Part shown: one piece after another, positions 1-9,203 of the stretch
Layout: every line of letters starts with the position of its first letter
How positions within the stretch are numbered: position 1 is the stretch's first letter
IMG/VR virus record: IMGVR_UViG_3300032331_002501
Span: 1-61,715 of that record
DNA length: 61,715 nt
Origin: a virus
Taxonomy: Duplodnaviria; Caudoviricetes
Strand: one strand, 5' to 3'
The notes under the pieces: model-generated
Told to the model about the DNA's origin: nothing
Database searches by the model: none
What the model saw: the letters and a program-made list of their open reading frames with translations, nothing else
Translations under genes and position numbers: made by a program

Positions 1-323
1 GTTAAGAAATCAGCTTCATCTAAGATAATAATCTTAATTGGTTTAAATGAAGCACTTGAAGCAAAACCTTGAACTTTATCTCTAATAGTATCAATACCTC
101 TTTCATCTGATGCATTAATATAAAGGTAATCACAATTGAAATTATTTACAATTAACTTAGCTAATGTAGTTTTACCTGTTCCTGGTGTACCATACAATAG
201 TAAATTTTGTAAATCGTTTTTTTCAATATATTGAGCAACAATAGATTTTAGTTGCTCATTACCAATATAGTCTTCTAATGTTTTAGATCTATATTTTTCT
301 ACAAATAAACTATTTTCTTTCAT
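1..323 (-). CDS. Clamp loader AAA+ subunit (T4 gp44/RFC small-subunit-like), truncated at window edge
   Basis: Not in the ORF track. Manual translation from ATG at 323: MKENSLFVEKYRSKTL...LLYGTPGTGKTTLA...INASDERGID...IIILDEADF, containing Walker A, Walker B and the RFC NASD motif. Confidence 0.92.
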   Translation of the reverse strand, partial: MKENSLFVEKYRSKTLEDYIGNEQLKSIVAQYIEKNDLQNLLLYGTPGTGKTTLAKLIVNNFNCDYLYINASDERGIDTIRDKVQGFASSASFKPIKIIILDEADFL

Positions 324-329
324 ATGGTG

Positions 330-361
330 TAAAGATAATAAAAAATGGCCCGAAGGCCAAA
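330..361 (-). promoter_or_regulatory. Terminator hairpin overlapping a Bacteroidota-type -33/-7 promoter
   Basis: Minus strand TTTG-GCCTTCGGGCCATTTTTTAT-TATCTTTA-CACCAT-ATG: a GGCC-TTCG-GGCC hairpin with T-run, and TTTG-N20-TAnnTTTA. Confidence 0.7.
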
Positions 362-386
362 TTTTATTTAATATGTTTTTTAAAGA

Positions 387-785
387 TTAATCATTAGAAT
401 AATCATATTTATCTAAATAATCAATTAATGTTGTTGCAGGATTATTTTCAGCTGTTGATAACATATCAGAGATTAATTGTTCATGATCTATATCTAATAG
501 AATATCATATAGTAAATTATCATTCGCAATTGGCATATGTTTGAAACTGTAATCATCAGAATCATCTTCCATTTCGGTTAATTGTGCATCTTCCATATCT
601 CTAGCAATCGATAGTAGTTGGTTGATCATACCCATTGATTGTTCTTTATCACCATCATTGATTGAATTTCTTAATGAATATAATAGTGTAATTAAATCAC
701 TTTCAACTTCAGTTAATGTTCCTTTATACTGATTTTCAGTAATTAAACCAGCTAATTTTTGCATTTTTAAAAATTCCTTGCTCAT
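387..785 (-). CDS. Acidic hypothetical protein, candidate internal head protein
   Basis: N-terminal EFLKMQKLAGLITE matches the scaffold C-terminus and ORF 56694. Late motif at 799-806. Confidence 0.6.
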   Translation of the reverse strand: MSKEFLKMQKLAGLITENQYKGTLTEVESDLITLLYSLRNSINDGDKEQSMGMINQLLSIARDMEDAQLTEMEDDSDDYSFKHMPIANDNLLYDILLDIDHEQLISDMLSTAENNPATTLIDYLDKYDYSND

Positions 786-798
786 TGTATATTTTTAA

Positions 799-806
799 TA
801 TAAATA
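799..806 (-). promoter_or_regulatory. Putative late promoter TATTTATA
   Basis: The same 8-mer recurs upstream of most structural genes. Confidence 0.7.
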
Positions 807-1079
807 TTAATAATCTCCGTAAATGTTAAATTTCTTTGGAGGTGGAGGTGGTGGAGGAAGTGTTTTTTTAACCACTATGTTATTAATAGCATACAATTTA
901 CCTTCTGAAGGTGATAATTTAAAGTCACATAATTGGCTAGTTTCTTGGAAATAACCCTCTAATGCCTCAGTTAATGAAGGATACGCATAATTAGGATCAA
1001 TTACCAATACCCATTGATCTCCAGGTGCTTTTCTATTAGCAATTAATACTAACTCTTCTTTAGTTTCTAGTTCTGACAT
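807..1079 (-). CDS. Hypothetical protein with C-terminal poly-Pro tract
   Basis: 90 aa ORF ending LPPPPPPPKKFNIYGDY, overlapping its upstream neighbour. Confidence 0.7.
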   Translation of the reverse strand: MSELETKEELVLIANRKAPGDQWVLVIDPNYAYPSLTEALEGYFQETSQLCDFKLSPSEGKLYAINNIVVKKTLPPPPPPPKKFNIYGDY

Positions 1080-1254
1080 ATTGTTCTTTTAATAGGATTA
1101 TTAATCTATCTAAGCCTATATTCATATTATAGTCGTCGTTACTTAAACTAACCCACACTGCATCCGTTCCAGGGATGTAGTGTAGGTCAGATATTGTATA
1201 CTTTTCTAAATCAATTTCAATTGTTTTACCGATTAGAGAAACAGCATCTAGCAT
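1060..1254 (-). CDS. Small hypothetical protein
   Basis: 64 aa, start overlaps the groEL stop (TAATG coupling). Confidence 0.6.
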   Translation of the reverse strand: MLDAVSLIGKTIEIDLEKYTISDLHYIPGTDAVWVSLSNDDYNMNIGLDRLIILLKEQYVRTRN

Positions 1255-2870
1255 TAGAACATTCCTCCCATTCCTCCCATTGAGTCATCCTGCTTTTTAT
1301 CTTCAGGTTTGTCTACAATAGTACATTCGGTTAATAAAATAGTTCCTGCTACTGATGCTGCGTTTTCAATTGCAGTACGAGTAACTTTAGTTGGGTCAAT
1401 AATACCTTCCTCTTTCATGTTTACAAATGCTTCGGTTTTAAGATTATATCCTACCCAATTATGGCTCTTTTTTAATTCATTAATTAAACCATATGCTTCC
1501 ATTTCTTCATACCCAGCATTTGTAAGAATTTTAACAAATGGAGAAGAACATGCTTTATAAACAATTTTACCTCCTACTGATTCACGGTTTGAAATTGCTT
1601 CACGAGCATATATTAATGCTGCTCCACCACCCGGTACAATACCTTCTTCAAGAGCGGCTTTAGTAGCTTGTAATGCATCGTCAACACGATCTTTCTTTTC
1701 TTTAACTTCAGTTTCAGTGTTTCCACCTACATGAATAATAGCAACACCACCTACAAATTTTGCTAAACGTTCTTGTAGTTTTTCTTTTTCATATGGTGTT
1801 CTTGATTTTTCAATTTGTTGTTGAAGTTCTGTGATTCGGCTTTCGATTTTTTCTTTATCACCTTTACCATCAACAATAGTAGTTTCATCTTTGTTAATAG
1901 TAACTACTCGAGCTTCACCAAACCAATCCCAACTAAATTTATCAAGTTTCATACCTTTTTCAGTACTAAATACTTGACCACCAGTTAGAATAGCTATATC
2001 TTCTAGAATTAACTTTCTACGATCCCCAAAATCAGGTGCTTTAACTGCACATACTTTAATTGTACCTCTCATTTTGTTTACAATCAAAGTTGCTAGGGCT
2101 TCATTATCAATATCTTCAGCAATGATTAATAAAGAGCGATTTTGGTTAGATACTCCTTCTAACAATGGTAATAATTCTTTTACTTGGGTAAATTTCTTAT
2201 CCGCAATTAAAATCATAGGATTATCTAAAGTACAAGTCATTGTGTTGTTATCAGTTACAAAATAATGTGACTTATAACCACGATCAAACTGCATACCTTC
2301 TACTGTTTCAAGATACGTTTCACCTGATTTAGATTCTTCAATATGAACAACACCTTCACGTCCTACTTTTTGCATTGATGTAGCAATAAGTTTTCCAATT
2401 TCAGAATCGTTGTTTGAAGAAATAGTAGCAACCTGCTCTAATTGTTCTTCTAAACTAATATCTTCAGAAATTTCTTTACGTAAGTATGTAACTACATCTT
2501 TAATAGCAGTGTCTATATCACGCTTAATAGAGACAGCGTTTACACCATTATTTAAATGGGTTAAACCAGCTTTAACCATTTCTTGAGCCAACAATGTAGA
2601 AGTTGTAGTACCATCACCTGCATTATCTGCAGTTTTGATAGCTGCTTGTTTTACCATTTGAACTCCTAATTCTTCAATAGGATCTTCAAGCGAAATGCTT
2701 TTAGCTACTGTAACACCATCTTTTGTAGATGCTGGGTATTCGTTAGATTTTGAAATAACAACATTGCGTCCATTAGGACCTAATGTAGATGTAACTGCGT
2801 TTGCTAATTTGTCAATGCCATCTACAAGTTTCTTTCTTGCCTCAGGGCCAAATTCGATAATTTTACTCAT
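1254..2870 (-). CDS. groEL: Chaperonin GroEL
   Basis: TLGPNGRNV, TKDGVTVAK, AGDGTTT, GMQFDRGY, KAPDFGDRRK, GIVPGGG and a GGMGGMF tail. Confidence 0.98.
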   Translation of the reverse strand: MSKIIEFGPEARKKLVDGIDKLANAVTSTLGPNGRNVVISKSNEYPASTKDGVTVAKSISLEDPIEELGVQMVKQAAIKTADNAGDGTTTSTLLAQEMVKAGLTHLNNGVNAVSIKRDIDTAIKDVVTYLRKEISEDISLEEQLEQVATISSNNDSEIGKLIATSMQKVGREGVVHIEESKSGETYLETVEGMQFDRGYKSHYFVTDNNTMTCTLDNPMILIADKKFTQVKELLPLLEGVSNQNRSLLIIAEDIDNEALATLIVNKMRGTIKVCAVKAPDFGDRRKLILEDIAILTGGQVFSTEKGMKLDKFSWDWFGEARVVTINKDETTIVDGKGDKEKIESRITELQQQIEKSRTPYEKEKLQERLAKFVGGVAIIHVGGNTETEVKEKKDRVDDALQATKAALEEGIVPGGGAALIYAREAISNRESVGGKIVYKACSSPFVKILTNAGYEEMEAYGLINELKKSHNWVGYNLKTEAFVNMKEEGIIDPTKVTRTAIENAASVAGTILLTECTIVDKPEDKKQDDSMGGMGGMF

Positions 2871-2879
2871 AATTGTTTT

Positions 2880-3182
2880 TTATTTTTCTTCTTCTGTGAT
2901 AACTGCTAATATTTGATTTTCAGGACATACCCAATATTCATCGCCTTCAAAGTCGATTTTATTTGGTCCCATAGAGGGTAATATAACTTCTTGTCCTACG
3001 TGTAATGTAGTTGGGATAAGATCACCAGATATGGAGAACTGTCCTGGTCCTACTGACACAATGGTACCTCTGAGGGCTTTGTCTTTACCTAGATCAGGTA
3101 CAACAATAGAACCATACATTGATTCTTCGTCTTCTCGAGGTTTTACAATAACTGCATTAAATGTAGCTTTTAATGTTTTCAT
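2880..3182 (-). CDS. groES: Co-chaperonin GroES
   Basis: GSIVVPD, GTIVSVGPG, VGQEV, ENQILAV; directly upstream of groEL. Confidence 0.93.
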   Translation of the reverse strand: MKTLKATFNAVIVKPREDEESMYGSIVVPDLGKDKALRGTIVSVGPGQFSISGDLIPTTLHVGQEVILPSMGPNKIDFEGDEYWVCPENQILAVITEEEK

Positions 3183-3481
3183 AGTTCGGGGTTGATTAAT
3201 TGATTATAATTGTTTAATAATTGGGTCCAAGAATCAATATATTCTTTAAGAGAAGTATATTCTTTCTTTTTATTGATTTTTAATTTTGCAACATTTTTAA
3301 GACACATACTTAAATTTGTGTAATGTCCCCATGTCCTAAGATAGGTTTTAGATGTATTTTCTGATGAAACTGCATTTTCATAGATGGTATAACAGTAACT
3401 GTCTTTACCTATGAAATATGGTTCCAAAACAGAATCTTTAATTAGCGTAATGCTTGATAACTCTGATTTTTGTTCACTCAT
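3179..3481 (-). CDS. Hypothetical protein, first gene of the chaperonin operon
   Basis: 100 aa ORF with ATGA overlap to groES and a host-type promoter upstream. Confidence 0.7.
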   Translation of the reverse strand: MSEQKSELSSITLIKDSVLEPYFIGKDSYCYTIYENAVSSENTSKTYLRTWGHYTNLSMCLKNVAKLKINKKKEYTSLKEYIDSWTQLLNNYNQLINPEL

Positions 3482-3497
3482 AAATTTTATATTTACT

Positions 3498-3529
3498 ATA
3501 ATATAGTAAATTTTTTAGCTATTTCCAAG
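3498..3529 (-). promoter_or_regulatory. Host-type promoter CTTG-N20-TATATTAT, overlapped by a 21-bp palindrome at 3491-3511
   Basis: Spacing matches the other -33/-7 sites. Palindrome ATTTACTATA-A-TATAGTAAAT. Confidence 0.5.
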
Positions 3530-3540
3530 TTTAAAAATAA

Positions 3541-3554
3541 AGACCTTAGGGCAA
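3541..3554. repeat. Inverted repeat arm downstream of hsp20 (AGACCTTAGGGCAA)
   Basis: Exact reverse complement of 4018-4031. Confidence 0.9.
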
Positions 3555-3558
3555 GTTT

Positions 3559-3966
3559 TTATTTTATTTGTAAAGTTCTTGGTTTAGCTTCTTCTGCAAA
3601 TGGAATTTGTACGTTTAGTAATCCATCTTCCATAGCAGCTGTGCCTTTTGATAGGTCGTATTTAGATGAAATTTTATAAGCCAAATTAAAAGAGCGTCTT
3701 GACACACCCCGAGTTTGATAGATGCGTTCTGTGATTTCTTCTTGCTTTGGTTTGCTGTAGGATATTTTAAGCACATCGTGCTCAATATTAATCTCCACAT
3801 CCTTTTTAGTTAAACCAGTACATGCGATCTCAAAGGTTAATCCTTTAGTATCTTCAAAAATGTCTACTGGGTGTGGTGCTTTGGCTTCTGATAGAATGTT
3901 GAAGCCTGATTGTGAATTGAATAAGTCCCTGAATAGGACATCGAATGTTGTGAGTTCTCTGCTCAT
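3559..3966 (-). CDS. Small heat-shock protein, Hsp20/IbpA family
   Basis: PVDIFE, EIACTG, RGVSRRSF, AAMEDGLLNVQIP and a C-terminal L-x-I motif. Preceded by a strong SD (TAGGAGGT). Confidence 0.92.
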   Translation of the reverse strand: MSRELTTFDVLFRDLFNSQSGFNILSEAKAPHPVDIFEDTKGLTFEIACTGLTKKDVEINIEHDVLKISYSKPKQEEITERIYQTRGVSRRSFNLAYKISSKYDLSKGTAAMEDGLLNVQIPFAEEAKPRTLQIK

Positions 3967-4017
3967 TGTTTTACCTCCTAAGATAGTTTAATTGTTTAAT
4001 TTATTAATATAACTTGT

Positions 4018-4031
4018 TTGCCCTAAGGTCT
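4018..4031. repeat. Inverted repeat arm upstream of hsp20 (TTGCCCTAAGGTCT)
   Basis: Exact reverse complement of 3541-3554. Lies just after a TATGTATA late-like motif (4038-4045). Confidence 0.9.
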
Positions 4032-4051
4032 GTTTATTATACATATACCAA

Positions 4052-4774
4052 TTATTCGGCTTTTGCAACCAAATAATACTTACTTTGCAAGTTTTTGTAA
4101 TTAAATTCAATTTTCATTAATCCACTAGAATTAACATACAATTTACTACTGTCTGCGTTTTTATTAGCGACTAGTATTTCTTTTAGTAGGTCTGAGTTAT
4201 ATGTTAGGGTAAATATTTTACCAGTAAGATCTATATTTTGTATTGAATATGATACTTTATTAGCGTACTCAACATCTCCTCCAAATGTAAATTCTAAACC
4301 AGTTAAACTTGGTTTTATTACAACGTTTTCACTATTTGAAAGTGCGTTTTTAGCTTTAACTAATGCAGTTGTAATTTCACTATCTATTGCTGTTTCAATA
4401 TCATATTCTTCAGGACCATTATATGATCCAGGTTTAGGTACTGTTAATAAGTCAGCTAGTGAGTAATTTAGATTAAATTGTTGATCAGCTATAAGTAACT
4501 TACTTATGATTTTACCTTCTTTAGCATAATCAAGAATCAAATCTCCATTTGTAATAGATAATAGTTTATCTAATTGAGTAGTATTACTAATACCTATTTC
4601 AGACTCGGGTAATGGAAATCCACTGTATGTTAAACTACCTACCATTTCACGGGTTGGAGCCATAAAATTGACAGTAAGTTTTTTATTTGAATCAATTTCC
4701 CATTTAACGTTTTCAATTAAACCTTTTAAATGGTATTTTTCAATAATTGCTTGTAACTCTAATTTTGGTATCAT
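4052..4774 (-). CDS. Probable sliding clamp (T4 gp45-like)
   Basis: 240 aa, directly downstream of PolB. Clamp-like pattern with a KYYLVA C-terminus. Clamp loader nearby. Confidence 0.65.
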   Translation of the reverse strand: MIPKLELQAIIEKYHLKGLIENVKWEIDSNKKLTVNFMAPTREMVGSLTYSGFPLPESEIGISNTTQLDKLLSITNGDLILDYAKEGKIISKLLIADQQFNLNYSLADLLTVPKPGSYNGPEEYDIETAIDSEITTALVKAKNALSNSENVVIKPSLTGLEFTFGGDVEYANKVSYSIQNIDLTGKIFTLTYNSDLLKEILVANKNADSSKLYVNSSGLMKIEFNYKNLQSKYYLVAKAE

Positions 4775-4797
4775 AACTGTAATGTAATAAATGTTTT

Positions 4798-7383
4798 TTA
4801 AAAGGCAAAGAATTTTGCAACATTAGTATTAAGAGATGGGAAATCCCATTTAAGATCTTTATAAAGTTCCTTTAGTTTGTTTAATAGTAATGATTCAAAA
4901 ATTTCATCTACATCAATATACTGTTTAACAAATTTTTCTATATCTTCTGGCACTTTAGCATTTGGTAAACCAATTGTTTCTAATTTATAAGGATTAGCTT
5001 TTAGATTAATAATAAAGATTTTATCACCTTCAATAATTGACTCATATTGCTTATCCAAACGTTTGAATTTTAGTAAGTCATTATAACGAACTGCTGCTTT
5101 AGTATTGCTAGGAGCTTTTAGTTTAAATGTACTAAACATTTCACCTGCTCTAGGAGCATTTCTATATGATGATATTTGTTTTACTCCAGTAGGTTTACCT
5201 AATTCTTTAGGATCTAATGTTTTTACTAATTTATAAAAGTCAATAATTGTTTGATCAATTTCTGTTTTAATTTTACCAAACAATATATCTTTAATTAATT
5301 GCTCACCAAATTTCTTAAATCGTTTATTCATGTTAGACTTCATCAATTCAAGTCCTTTCATGTCTAATTCTTCAACAGCAACACCTTCCTTATTAGTGAT
5401 ATACATTGCATATCTTCTCTTACCTGTAACTAGGATACCTTTAGCAATTACCTCTTGTTTTAATTGGAAATAATGCTTTTCAGGATCAATGTTAAATATG
5501 TTTTTACACAATTTATTTAGATAATGATTTGATTCATCCTGGATTTCAGTAGCCATTTTTAATATGAGTTCATCTTTTTGCTCAGGTGTTGAATTAGGGT
5601 ATCTATGTTTTAGTAAATCACCTAATTCAATATACATAGAGTCAGTATCGCTAATACAAATGAATTGTTTATTTGATTCTAATTCAGTATTTAATTTATT
5701 GTTAGCAAATACAATTGATTCTTGTGTGAGCCTTTGACCACTATTGGTAATTGCAGCACTACAAATTAATCGACCATCAGTATATCTCCACCCACTTTTA
5801 GCGAATGTGCCATACATTGCGTTTTGTAAGATTTTAAATGCATGTTGAAATAAATCATATGAGGCATAATTAACCCAATCTTCACTCTTACCAGCTGTTT
5901 TCTTTAAACCACGATAATGTTCTCGTTTACCAAACCATCCCTCTAAAATCTTAGCAACTACACTTTGTTGATCAGTTCTAAACATAGCACCTGATGCTGC
6001 TATTGTAAAGTTATTTTCTTCAATAAGTTTAATTAAATCACCAAGTGGTAATTTAGCTTGAGATAAAGTATAATTATTTTTATTTACTTTTTCAACTATA
6101 ATTTCCTCATTTGGGTCACGTTCTTTTAATTTTTCTAAACTATGATTCTGTTCATAGGTAGCCATATGTGGTACTTTAATTCTACCTACTAATGTTTCAA
6201 TACCTAAATTAAGTGACTTAATGATTGAAGGATATAGTGAAGTAAAATCTAAGTCAATTACATCAAAATATAAGCCAGGTATGGGCTCTAATAAATAACC
6301 ACCGGCATAACTCTCATTAAAACTTTTTAATGAAGGATTATGAGTAGTAGGTTTATTAGGCGAAATAATACCTTCACGTTTAAGATGCTTTAATATAGCA
6401 CCTTCATTCATTACAGTATTATAATAGATTGATTCATAAGGGATATTACAAATATGAGATATCATTATTGTTAAATTGATAAACTTAAGTTTACCTTCTA
6501 ATGCCTCAATAATCTCAACGTCACGAAGGTTATAATCAATAAAAGCATTTAGATCATCTCTAAACAATGTATTTAAGTTACCTTCATATTCAATTTTACC
6601 TAAATTAACATATTTAGTTCCAATATCACCTAATTTATATGATGGTTCTTCCTTCATAATATATTTCTTATGAAGTAACATATAATCTAAACAATTAACA
6701 CCACCAATGGTAATTTGTGATTCACCATTAAATTCTCGTTGTGATACTTTTCTAATTGGGGATAAACGAGATGTTTCTTCAATACCTACAACTTGCACCA
6801 AACGATGATATAAATAAGGCATATCAAAATAATCTGAGTTATATCCAACAAGTATTGTAGGATCTAATTCTTCAAATTTAGATAAAAATTTATCTATTAA
6901 TTCACGTTCATTTTTACAAGGTATAATATGTTTACCATCTTGATTTGTCTCTTTAATTTGCCCAGATGGGTCAACAATAAGACATATTTTTTGCTTTGTA
7001 GTTATATCTATCAAAGCAATAGAAGTAAGAGGCATAGGTGCTTGTTGAACATAACTAGGAGTTAAAGCACCACCCATTTCAATCTCAATATCTATATAAA
7101 CAATGTTATGCCAAGATGGTACTACATCTTCTTCTTTATAATATAATTCTCGTAATGCGTATAGAGATTTATCAATATCTTTTTCTAATAAATCACGATC
7201 TTCTTTATCATATTTTTTAGTAGGAATAGCCCATCCTCCTGTTAAAATAGGACGAGCATTTTCTTGCCATTCAGGAACACGTTTCCAAAACGTAGGCTGG
7301 AGTTGAAAATCCATCCAGCCTTGCTTATCGTCTCGTAAATGGTAGGTATAAGTTTGAAAATCGTAGTAAATTGCTTGATACAT
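4798..7383 (-). CDS. polB: Family B DNA polymerase (gp43-like) with 3'-5' exonuclease
   Basis: Exo I DIEI, Exo II GYNSDYFD, Exo III YNLRD; motif A DFTSLYPS, motif B KILQNAMYG, motif C SDTDS; KRRY and MKGLE. Confidence 0.97.
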   Translation of the reverse strand: MYQAIYYDFQTYTYHLRDDKQGWMDFQLQPTFWKRVPEWQENARPILTGGWAIPTKKYDKEDRDLLEKDIDKSLYALRELYYKEEDVVPSWHNIVYIDIEIEMGGALTPSYVQQAPMPLTSIALIDITTKQKICLIVDPSGQIKETNQDGKHIIPCKNERELIDKFLSKFEELDPTILVGYNSDYFDMPYLYHRLVQVVGIEETSRLSPIRKVSQREFNGESQITIGGVNCLDYMLLHKKYIMKEEPSYKLGDIGTKYVNLGKIEYEGNLNTLFRDDLNAFIDYNLRDVEIIEALEGKLKFINLTIMISHICNIPYESIYYNTVMNEGAILKHLKREGIISPNKPTTHNPSLKSFNESYAGGYLLEPIPGLYFDVIDLDFTSLYPSIIKSLNLGIETLVGRIKVPHMATYEQNHSLEKLKERDPNEEIIVEKVNKNNYTLSQAKLPLGDLIKLIEENNFTIAASGAMFRTDQQSVVAKILEGWFGKREHYRGLKKTAGKSEDWVNYASYDLFQHAFKILQNAMYGTFAKSGWRYTDGRLICSAAITNSGQRLTQESIVFANNKLNTELESNKQFICISDTDSMYIELGDLLKHRYPNSTPEQKDELILKMATEIQDESNHYLNKLCKNIFNIDPEKHYFQLKQEVIAKGILVTGKRRYAMYITNKEGVAVEELDMKGLELMKSNMNKRFKKFGEQLIKDILFGKIKTEIDQTIIDFYKLVKTLDPKELGKPTGVKQISSYRNAPRAGEMFSTFKLKAPSNTKAAVRYNDLLKFKRLDKQYESIIEGDKIFIINLKANPYKLETIGLPNAKVPEDIEKFVKQYIDVDEIFESLLLNKLKELYKDLKWDFPSLNTNVAKFFAF

Positions 7384-7387
7384 GATT

Positions 7388-7419
7388 TTAATATAACAAC
7401 CTTTATTTAGTTTGCCAAA
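7388..7419 (-). promoter_or_regulatory. Host-type promoter of polB (TTTG-N20-TATATTAA)
   Basis: Minus strand TTTG GCAAACTAAATAAAGGTTGT TATATTAA AATC ATG. Confidence 0.65.
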
Positions 7420-7420
7420 C

Positions 7421-8521
7421 TTAATCTAATTTAGCATCTGTAAATGTTTCGATTTGATATACTTGTGTTGTGGTTGATAATGCTCCTCTAACTATAATTT
7501 GATATGTTTTTCCTCCAAATGGATTTGTCAATCCAGCTCCTGATCCTATATATAAAGGTAAGTTACCAAAATTTCCTGTTCCAGCATTTGTTCCAGTCCA
7601 TGTAATTCCTGAGCCAGTAATTTGAACAAAATTTAATCTTGGTATTAGCTCTAGTTCTTTAGTTGCTTGAGATATATCAAATAAACCTGTTATAATATCA
7701 TCACCATCTACTATGTTATCTACTCTTGCTTGAAGTGTTGTTGTCCCACGTAAATATAAACTATGATCTGCTGTTGAAGAAGGAGCACCAATTAAAAATG
7801 AACCATTAATACTACTAATATCTGAGCCTAGTATTAAAGGAATCCCAGCTGAGCTTGAATCAGTAACATGTATTCCTACACAAGCAGTCATTTTATCAGT
7901 TAAAGTAAAATCAATTGCAGGTGTAATTAATTGGGTAGCAGGTGATTTAGTAAAAGTTACATTTGGATTACCTTCATTATCAATTTGATATGTTGGGCGA
8001 GTATTATCATCAGCTGATGCAGTAGCATGATTCCCATTTCCAGATTTATCTAGCCATCTTCCTACAAATTGACCTACTGCTGTTACAGGAATAGTTCCTG
8101 CTCTATCTTGGAATAGTGTTGATCTATCACCAGCATCAAACCATACTCCTTTTTCTCCAGCAGCAAATAACGATGATGATGGATTAAAGGTTACCATACT
8201 AAATTGACCTGTGCCTTGAAATCTAAAATTAGTCCCATTAATTGGGGCAGCTGGGGTAAATGTTACGGATGAAGTACCAGGTTGGACTACAACTGAATTT
8301 ATAAATTTAGATGTAACGGGGCCCATAATTGCTGTAGATGGGGACCATGATCCTGAGGCGCATGTTGGTTTACCAGTAAATGTACCATCATTACCAGGTA
8401 TTGTTGCTAGTGTAAAATAAGATGAGTCACCTGGATTTGTAAACATGAGTAAGGTTGAGCCGGAAATAATTTCCCCGGCTGAGCCTGTTCCCGAGAGTTG
8501 TGCTGCAGTATATGATGCCAT
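7421..8521 (-). CDS. Virion-associated protein, probably with a LamG/ConA-like domain
   Basis: Gly/Thr/Ser-rich, with WFDAGD...WLDKSGNGNHAT...PTY and LYIG motifs typical of phage LamG-like fibre domains. Late motif at 8539-8547. Confidence 0.55.
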   Translation of the reverse strand: MASYTAAQLSGTGSAGEIISGSTLLMFTNPGDSSYFTLATIPGNDGTFTGKPTCASGSWSPSTAIMGPVTSKFINSVVVQPGTSSVTFTPAAPINGTNFRFQGTGQFSMVTFNPSSSLFAAGEKGVWFDAGDRSTLFQDRAGTIPVTAVGQFVGRWLDKSGNGNHATASADDNTRPTYQIDNEGNPNVTFTKSPATQLITPAIDFTLTDKMTACVGIHVTDSSSAGIPLILGSDISSINGSFLIGAPSSTADHSLYLRGTTTLQARVDNIVDGDDIITGLFDISQATKELELIPRLNFVQITGSGITWTGTNAGTGNFGNLPLYIGSGAGLTNPFGGKTYQIIVRGALSTTTQVYQIETFTDAKLD

Positions 8522-8564
8522 TATTGTTAATTGTTTTTAATAAATATGGTCAATTATTGGGAAA

Positions 8565-9203
8565 TCATTTGCTCCAGTTTGTATTCTGTTCATGAAAACC
8601 AAAGACGCCTGATTTTTTGTCTAAAAGAGCATCTTGAAAAAAATAATTAAAATTTATTCCTAGTATGTGAACCCACTCTGTTAATCCAAATGGTCCTATA
8701 GGTTCTAATCTATTAAGAGAAAATTGTTTAGTTTTCATATATGTGTCTCCATCATGTTTTAACTTAACTCTTTCCATACAAAATTTAATACAAGATCCTA
8801 AAATATTAGGTTTACTATAAATGAATGGATCATCTAAAAGATAAACTATTTTATCACTAACTAATATAGAATTATCATGAAATGCAGGGAGAACAAGATC
8901 AAAGTTATAATATAATACTTCATTTAAAATCTTATTAAAAGACATATTCCAAGATATATCAAAATCGGAATATATTCCCCCAAATTTATCTAAAATTAAA
9001 TACTTAAGTAGATTACATTTACACACAAATGTTAAAGTAGACCAATAATCTAACAAATTATTATCTTCTAATATTGCTAAACATTCATTATTCCTCCATA
9101 TTTTAAAAGAAACCCCAGGGTTAATCTTAATACACTTTTCATAATTTTTAATATACCTTGATGGGATTTCTTTATTTCCTACCCATATGTAGTGTACCAA
9201 CAT
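8565..9203 (-). CDS. DXD glycosyltransferase (GT32/OCH1-like)
   Basis: VHYIWVG, NP...KIW, KYLILDKFGGIYSDFD, GPFGLT. Confidence 0.85.
   Translation of the reverse strand: MLVHYIWVGNKEIPSRYIKNYEKCIKINPGVSFKIWRNNECLAILEDNNLLDYWSTLTFVCKCNLLKYLILDKFGGIYSDFDISWNMSFNKILNEVLYYNFDLVLPAFHDNSILVSDKIVYLLDDPFIYSKPNILGSCIKFCMERVKLKHDGDTYMKTKQFSLNRLEPIGPFGLTEWVHILGINFNYFFQDALLDKKSGVFGFHEQNTNWSK

Noticed and set aside
3182-3560. CIRCE/HrcA operator upstream of groES-groEL
   Set aside because: No TTAGCACTC-N9-GAGTGCTAA match seen.
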